14,064 nucleotides of DNA, from positions 1 through 14,064 of the forward strand of contig CBDBIJ010000070.1 of NCBI GenBank assembly GCA_965205655.1, written 5' to 3'. The translations under genes and the position numbers were made by a program. Numbering within the stretch: position 1 is the stretch's first letter; every line of letters starts with the position of its first letter. The stretch comes from Candidatus Latescibacterota bacterium (GTDB lineage Bacteria > Latescibacterota > UBA2968 > UBA8231). Below are positions 8,709 through 14,064 of this stretch, in pieces. The notes beneath the pieces are model-generated. The model worked only from the letters and a program-made list of their open reading frames with translations, did not search any database and was not told where the DNA came from.

Positions 8709-10315
8709 ATGAGAGACCTCGCAATTGGCGAGACCGGCGGGCTCGGTTTTCCGCTTTGCAATGGTCGGCAGATTGCGCGGACCAGCGACGGTCGGTGGCT
8801 GGCGATCACCGATGACGAGCAGCGGGTGACGGGCAAGGCGTCCGTCGCCATCCGCGCGGCAAAAGTGGCGCAGCCGCTCGACGAGGGAGACTTCGAGGGG
8901 CCGGTGGAGCTGGCGGGCAACCTGGGGTCTGCTGTGCTTGGCGACCGCTCAGGTCCGGCAGACCAGGGCTGCATCGTCGTCGATTCCCGGGATGTGCTGC
9001 ACGCCATCTGGCGCCGCGCCGCGCGCAACGGTGCGGGGGAACTGTGGTACGCGCAGTGCGCCCTCACCGATAAAGAGCTTGTGCGACAACTCGGCGATGC
9101 CACTCAATGGCGTGGTCCGTCCGCTGCTGGTGTCGGCCCGACGCGTCTGGACGAGGTCGGACAGGCCCCGCAAGCCTGGGCGACATGGCGGTCGCAGCCG
9201 ATGGCAGCGTCTGCATCGCCTACAGCCAGGGCAATCTCGATGAGCGTAGGGTAATGGTTGCGCAGCCGAGGGCGGATGGCTGGAAGCGTACGGCTATCAC
9301 CGATCGATGGGACTTTGGCGACCCGGTTTTGGACGTCGACGAAAGCGGCGTCATCCATCTGGCCTACGGGCCTGACCAGAGCTACGAGGACAAATTTTGC
9401 TCGGTCGACTTCGGTGACATGAAGGACGCCTTTGTGCAAGACCCGGAGGGGATGGCCAGACGCTACGGCGTGTATTACACCCAGAGCCGCGATGGCGAGA
9501 CCTGGACCGGGGCGGACGGCCGCACGCCCGGGGCCGAGCTGGTGGCGTTCGCCAGCGACCACCCGACCATCGTCGCCTCGCGCGGCGCGATCGTCGTCGC
9601 CTACATGGCCCGCGGCGCGTGGCCGGGAACGGTGGATCGAGTCTTCTACTCGTGCTACGAGCGCGACGGGAGCCTCTCCGGCGCCGGCGCCGGGGGCGAG
9701 ACGGACCGAGGCAGTGTGACTCGTGTGGCCGAGGCCGGCAAGTGGAAGATGCACATCAACGTGAATCGGGACGAATCGCAAGAAGTAGCTGCGCCCGTCG
9801 CATTTGTCGATCGCTACGGCCAGCCGCGTGTGGCTTGGGTGAACCTGCACCGTCATCACGTGTTCATGAGCCGGTGGATGGGTGCGGGCCTGTCGAAGCC
9901 GCAGGAGATCCGCTGGGCCTGGGAGCTCGCTGCGGCCCTCAGCGTAGAGAAACGGATGCCGGCGCATGCCGACGTGTTCGGGTTGCTGCATCTGACCGCG
10001 GACGGCGAAATCCGCTTCGGTCGCGTCGAAGTCCCCGCGATCGATCCTCGAGCGGACGGCAACGTCCTGTTCCTGGACCTGTGGGAACTGAGCGAGCGTC
10101 ACCATGTCGACCTGGTGGTCAACACGGCCAAGAAAGATCCCCGCAATCCGGTGCTGCATGGCGAGCCGGACTCCTGGGATGCGCAGGCGCTCTGCTACGG
10201 CACCGTCCTCCACGATGACGGTATCTACAAGATGTGGTACACGGCGCGCTCGAGAGATACCGACTGTACGTTCTGCTGCTACGCGGTCAGCGATGACGGC
10301 ATCCACTGGCAGCGT
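8709..10315 (+). pseudogene. 5' part of a large Asp-box/BNR beta-propeller protein; -1 frameshift near 9166-9169, truncated by IS256
   Basis: RBS GGAGGT at 8698-8703. Adding one C to CCCC (9166-9169) joins ...EVGQAP to ASLGDMAVAADG. Asp-boxes SRDGETW and SDDGIHW; NPVL...WD...YGTVLHDDGIYKMWY is GH32/43-like. Confidence 0.8.
10308..10315 (+). repeat. Target-site duplication, left copy (GGCAGCGT)
   Basis: Identical 8-mer at 11692-11699; both copies abut the IS ends. Confidence 0.95.
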
Positions 10316-11691
10316 GAGCTAGGGTCAAATGGTGTGTAAACGACTCAGGCGGCGATCTTCTTCCTTTGCGCGATGGGTGATCCGTTTTCGTAGCACTCCC
10401 CGGCGTAGACGTCAGCCATGAGATGCGGTGCATTGAGTCGCCGGAATCGTTTCCCGGCCACCATCAGTACCCGCCAAATGAGGGCGGTGGCATTGGCCAC
10501 CTTCCTGTATCGTTTGGCCGCATTGGTTCGCAACCGTACCGAAGCGAAGGGACTTTCGACGACGTTGGTGGTGCGCAGGTGTTGCCAGTGGGCCTCGGGA
10601 AAGTCGTAGAATGTCACCATACGGTCCCAATCGCGCTCAAGGATATCGACGGCGTCTGGACACTCGCGGCGAAACCGTTTGGCGAAATGATCGCGACGTT
10701 TCGTCGCTTCCTGACGGGTCGGCGCGTACGGGATCTGTGTCAGCAGGTGCCGCCCTTCGACCTGCACGCGTTTTGGCAGCTTATCCAGCACGTTCAGGAT
10801 GCGGTGATTCCAGCATCGCTGTTCAGCCGTCTCCGGCCAGACTTCTGCCAGGGCCGCCCAGATACCCAGGTGCCCATCCGCCACCACCAACTTCGCCACG
10901 CTCAGTCCGCGGTCACGCAGATCGCGCAGTACGCCCGCCCACGACTCTGTCGATTCGCGATAGCCCGGGACAATCGTCAGGACTTCTTTGCGCCCATCGC
11001 TCATCGCGCCGATGACCACCAGGAGAGCGGCTTTTTGCTTCTCAAGACCGGCTTTGACGTAGATCCCGTCCGCCCAGGCGTAGACGAGCTCGCGGTCATC
11101 CAGTCGTCGGCTGCGCCAGGCGTTGTATTCGACGATCCACTTCTCACGCAAACGAGCGATCGAGGACGCCGACAAAGGCGCTCCCTTGCCCAGCAGGCCG
11201 CGCAGCGCCAGCTCGAAGTCGCCCTGAGACAAACCGTGCAGGTAAAGCTCTGGCAGCAGCTGACCTGTTTCTTGGGTGCGCCGGGCGAACAGCGGCAGTA
11301 CCGCACTCTCAAATCGCTCTTCCAGACCCCGCACCCGAGGGCGTTTCACCTCGATCGTGCCCGAGGTCAAGGACAGTCGCCGCCGCTTCCCGTACCCATT
11401 GCGGTAGCCGCCGGCTGCGTCCAACGGTGCCTGTCGCTCGTACCGTGACCGTCCCAGCGCATGGGTGACTTCTTCATCCAGAACCGACTGCATCAGCGAC
11501 TGAATCTGCGAGCGTGTCCACTCTTCCAGCGTTTCGAACGTGGGCATGGACATTTCCGTCGTGCTCGGCTTAGGTTGTGCCATGGCGATTCTCCTCTTCC
11601 TGCCGGGATAGCCCCGGCGTTTGTGATGGCTAATTACAAAGGAAGGGTAGGATCGCCGTCTGTCTATTTCCACACCTTCTGATTATAGCTC
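10316..11691 (-). mobile_element. Complete IS256-family insertion sequence, 1376 bp
   Basis: Terminal inverted repeats GAGCTAGGGTCAAATGGTGTGTAAA and GAGCTATAATCAGAAGGTGTGGAAA (19/25 identical), an 8-bp TSD and a single transposase. Confidence 0.95.
10345..11583 (-). CDS. IS256-family (Mutator-type DDE) transposase, 412 aa, intact
   Basis: YRNGY, PRVR, ELYLHGLS, ADGIY (D), VADG (D), QRCWNH (CxxH) and RTTNVVESP (E). ATG 11583 has GAGGAG 7 nt upstream. Confidence 0.95.
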   Translation of the reverse strand: MAQPKPSTTEMSMPTFETLEEWTRSQIQSLMQSVLDEEVTHALGRSRYERQAPLDAAGGYRNGYGKRRRLSLTSGTIEVKRPRVRGLEERFESAVLPLFARRTQETGQLLPELYLHGLSQGDFELALRGLLGKGAPLSASSIARLREKWIVEYNAWRSRRLDDRELVYAWADGIYVKAGLEKQKAALLVVIGAMSDGRKEVLTIVPGYRESTESWAGVLRDLRDRGLSVAKLVVADGHLGIWAALAEVWPETAEQRCWNHRILNVLDKLPKRVQVEGRHLLTQIPYAPTRQEATKRRDHFAKRFRRECPDAVDILERDWDRMVTFYDFPEAHWQHLRTTNVVESPFASVRLRTNAAKRYRKVANATALIWRVLMVAGKRFRRLNAPHLMADVYAGECYENGSPIAQRKKIAA

Positions 11692-11699
11692 GGCAGCGT
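11692..11699 (+). repeat. Target-site duplication, right copy (GGCAGCGT)
   Basis: Identical to 10308-10315. Confidence 0.95.
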
Positions 11700-12920
11700 C
11701 CCAACCTGGGTCTGTTCGAATATCGCGGCAGCAAGAACAACAATGTCTGCGCCCTCGGAATGGACCCTCCCGAGGAGCTGCCGATCGTCGGCGGTCGGTC
11801 CACTCCCAACCCCTCGGTCTATAAAGACGAGCGTGAGCCGGATCCGGCAAAGCGCTACAAGATGATGCTCAACTCTCAGTTCGTGAACGACGTCAAGCTG
11901 TTCTGCTTGATGCTGTACTCACCCGACGGCATTCACTGGTCCCCCGCCGATCCGCACCCGGATGTCACCGGCCGCACCGCCTTCATGCGCGCCGAACGCG
12001 GCGTTCTTGAGCTCATGGAGTCCAACACTCTCTTCTACGACGAGCTCGAGCCCGATGCATCGCGCCGGTGGAAGGTCTATGGGCAGGCAGCGGGCCGCAC
12101 AGGCCCCGGCGGTGAGGTGCGCGTCGGCACCCTCGCCCACAGCCCTGACGGCGTCCACTGGACCGTTGAGTGGGATCAGGCCGTGCTCGATCCCCGTGGA
12201 GGCAGTGAGGAGGGCGACCACCTTCTGAGCGTCTGGCCGTACCGCAACTACTACCTGGGAGTGCCCGATGTATGGCCCGAGAGCCGCTCATGCGACGACG
12301 AGTTGACCGTCAGCCGCGATGGCTACCATTTCCTTCGCGTAGCCGATGGTCAGAAACTCATCGCTCGCGGTGAGATGGGCGAGTGGGACGCTCAGTTCGT
12401 CTCCAATGCCAATACCCTGGTCACCGTGGACGGGCAAATCCTCATCTACTACGCCGGCACGCGCCAACCGAGCCTGCTCGGTCATCCCGGCAATCAAATC
12501 GCCATGGAGGACGCCACCAAGGGGGACACCGGGCTGGCACGTGTACCCGTGGATGGCTGGACATATTTACGGGCTCGGCCGGACCGTTCCGAGGGGTTCG
12601 TAACCACCAACTCGATCACCACCTCGGAGCTGGACGGTCTGGATCTCACGGTCAAGGCGGACCATCTGCGGCCGGGCGCCGACTATCTGGTCGCCGAGGT
12701 GATCGACGAGCAGGGCGGCGAGGTGTTAGCCGGCTATGCGGCGTCAGACTGCACGGCCATCGACGCCGACGCCAACGCCGCGATCGTGCGGTGGCAGGGC
12801 AAGCGCATCGGTGATGCCACCGCCGACGCCCTCCGCATACGCTTCTGGCTCATCGGTGACGGCACTCGCTTCTACTGCTTCGGCTTTCGGGAATCCTCAC
12901 CGACACCCGCACCTGAATGA
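11700..12920 (+). pseudogene. 3' part of the IS-interrupted beta-propeller protein (GH32/GH43-like propeller plus C-terminal beta-sandwich)
   Basis: After removing the IS and one TSD copy, the frame reads DGIHWQR|PNLGLFEYRGSKNNNV into the 11760 ORF. Asp-boxes SPDGIHW, SPDGVHW and SRDGYHF; GEWD, IYYAG and GLAR..DG. Confidence 0.85.
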
Positions 12921-12929
12921 GGATCAACC

Positions 12930-13740
12930 ATGAGGCTGACGGATAGCCATTTGACAACCTTCGAGGAACAGGGATTCGTAGTCGTCGAGAATTTCTATGA
13001 GGAGGAGAAGAGAGCGCGCATTGCCGCCGCTCTACGCGAGACCATCCCGCCCTGGGAGGACGTCAAAGACGATGTGCCGAAAAACGGGATAGGGTCAGAC
13101 GACTTTCCGTACGGCGAGCAGCTATTCAATAAACTCACTGCCGATTCCGATCTCGTCGACTTTGTGCAGCGGGCTCTCGACACCCAGGACATCCACTTCC
13201 GCTATGCCCACAACTGGGCGAAGTATCCGTCCCCCCCCTCGGCTTCTGAGCCGGGGCTGCACATAGATAATGTCAACAACTCGCTTCTCCCTCCCTGCGA
13301 CGATAGGAAGTATGCGCAGATCAGCTCCTGGTATTTTCCCGAAGGGGTAGGGGAAGACCAGGCGCCAATGCGGATCATTCCAAAGCCCTACGGCCGGGAC
13401 GTGACCAAGAAAGTTCTGCTGGTGGTACCGGCTGGAACGCTGATGATCTTCAATACCCATTTGTGGCATTCGGCGACCGTGTTCAAAGCCAAACACGGGC
13501 AGCGCTATTCGGTCACGCGAATCTACGGGCGCGCCGATCATTACTGGGAGGGCATGTTCTGTTTCACGAGCCTGGGGCTTAAGGAGCGTTTCGCGACAGT
13601 TCATCGGTACGCTCACGGCGAGGGAGCGGGAACTGTTCAGATTTCCTCCCGCCGGACATTCCTACTATGACAGTCAGACGCTGGCGCGTTTGGAAGAGCA
13701 GTATCCGGGCTGGAATGCGAGAGGAGAGTACGCCGGTTGA
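12930..13740 (+). pseudogene. Second PhyH-family dioxygenase with a +1 frameshift near 13575-13593 (~269 aa if repaired)
   Basis: FEEQGFVVVENF, LHID (HxD), PAGTLMIF and WHSAT; RBS GAGGA. The shifted frame from 13594 gives RQFIGTLTARERELFRFPPAGHSYYDSQTLARLEEQYPGW...EYAG*, a more protein-like tail than the track's, ending at TGA 13738-13740. Confidence 0.8.
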
Positions 13741-13812
13741 CGGACTCAGGCTTGTTATTTCTTTGGCCGAATGTGCTCGTTCATGGCCCAGCTGGGATAG
13801 TGGTTGTAGAGT

Positions 13813-14064
13813 CGCTTTGTCCCGATCTTAGTTGAAACAGCACAGGCTCCAATCGTTACGTTTTGATACGAGAAGCCCGTTGGAAGAAGTCTCGCATCGG
13901 TAACGATGGTGAGCCTGCAATGAGCAAGCTGGTAGCACGGAAGAAGGGCGTCAAACGAACGGTGAGCATCGGCAAGGTAGCACCCGAGACTGCAGAGCAA
14001 GTAGAGGACCTGGATGGCCGGATCGAGGCGATCCAATGGCTGATTCCCTTGGGGCTGCAGGCGG
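13813..14064 (+). mobile_element. Probable left end of a second IS256-family element (partial)
   Basis: IR-like CGCTTTGTCCCGATCTTAGTTGAAA (13813-13837) has GTC at positions 7-9 and ends in AAA, like IS256-type ends; a transposase-like ORF follows. The partner IR is outside the window, so the boundary is approximate. Confidence 0.5.
13920..14064 (+). CDS. N-terminus of a probable IS256-family transposase (runs off the window; not in the ORF track)
   Basis: ATG 13920 after GGTGAG reads MSKLVARKKGVKRTVSIGKVAPETAEQVEDLDGRIEAIQWLIPLGLQA. IQxLIPLGLxA resembles, from recall, the N-terminal helix of one IS256 subgroup. Confidence 0.55.
   Translation, partial: MSKLVARKKGVKRTVSIGKVAPETAEQVEDLDGRIEAIQWLIPLGLQA

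Noticed and set aside
9160..9175. Programmed ribosomal frameshifting at the indel sites
   Set aside because: No X-XXY-YYZ slippery heptamer or evident stimulator at this site, 5627 or ~13590; mutation or sequencing error is more likely.
1240..11448. Long antisense or alternate-frame ORFs (e.g. 1240-2121, 3100-4245, 7652-8488, 9104-10306, 10423-11448)
   Set aside because: Shadow ORFs expected opposite GC-rich genes; they lack motifs and overlap well-supported CDSs.
1..14064. CRISPR arrays, tRNA/rRNA, tandem repeats, defence or toxin-antitoxin systems
   Set aside because: None seen; intergenic spaces are short and the only recurring motifs are protein-level Asp-boxes.

Overview
This GC-rich bacterial window holds a cluster of cytoplasmic carbohydrate/organic-acid catabolic enzymes that appears to be decaying. 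The + strand carries a ketopantoate-reductase-like C-terminus, an SDR, a PhyH dioxygenase, a GHL10-like glycosidase, a DgoD-like dehydratase and a broken Gfo/Idh/MocA oxidoreductase. The - strand carries an L-fuconate dehydratase-like enzyme. A divergent operon follows: an unannotated 21-aa ORF, an aldo/keto reductase, a ~942-aa multi-Asp-box beta-propeller protein and a frameshifted second PhyH. The propeller gene is split by a frameshift and by an intact 1376-bp IS256-family element (8-bp target duplication GGCAGCGT). The window ends in the probable left end of a second, different IS256-family element. Main points of interest: the reconstructable large propeller enzyme, the small ORF with its own promoter and RBS, a predicted circle-junction promoter in the IS ends, clustered gene lesions, and a possible non-phosphorylative pathway for modified sugars. 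All family calls come from motif recognition, not database searches. No RNA genes or CRISPR arrays were seen.
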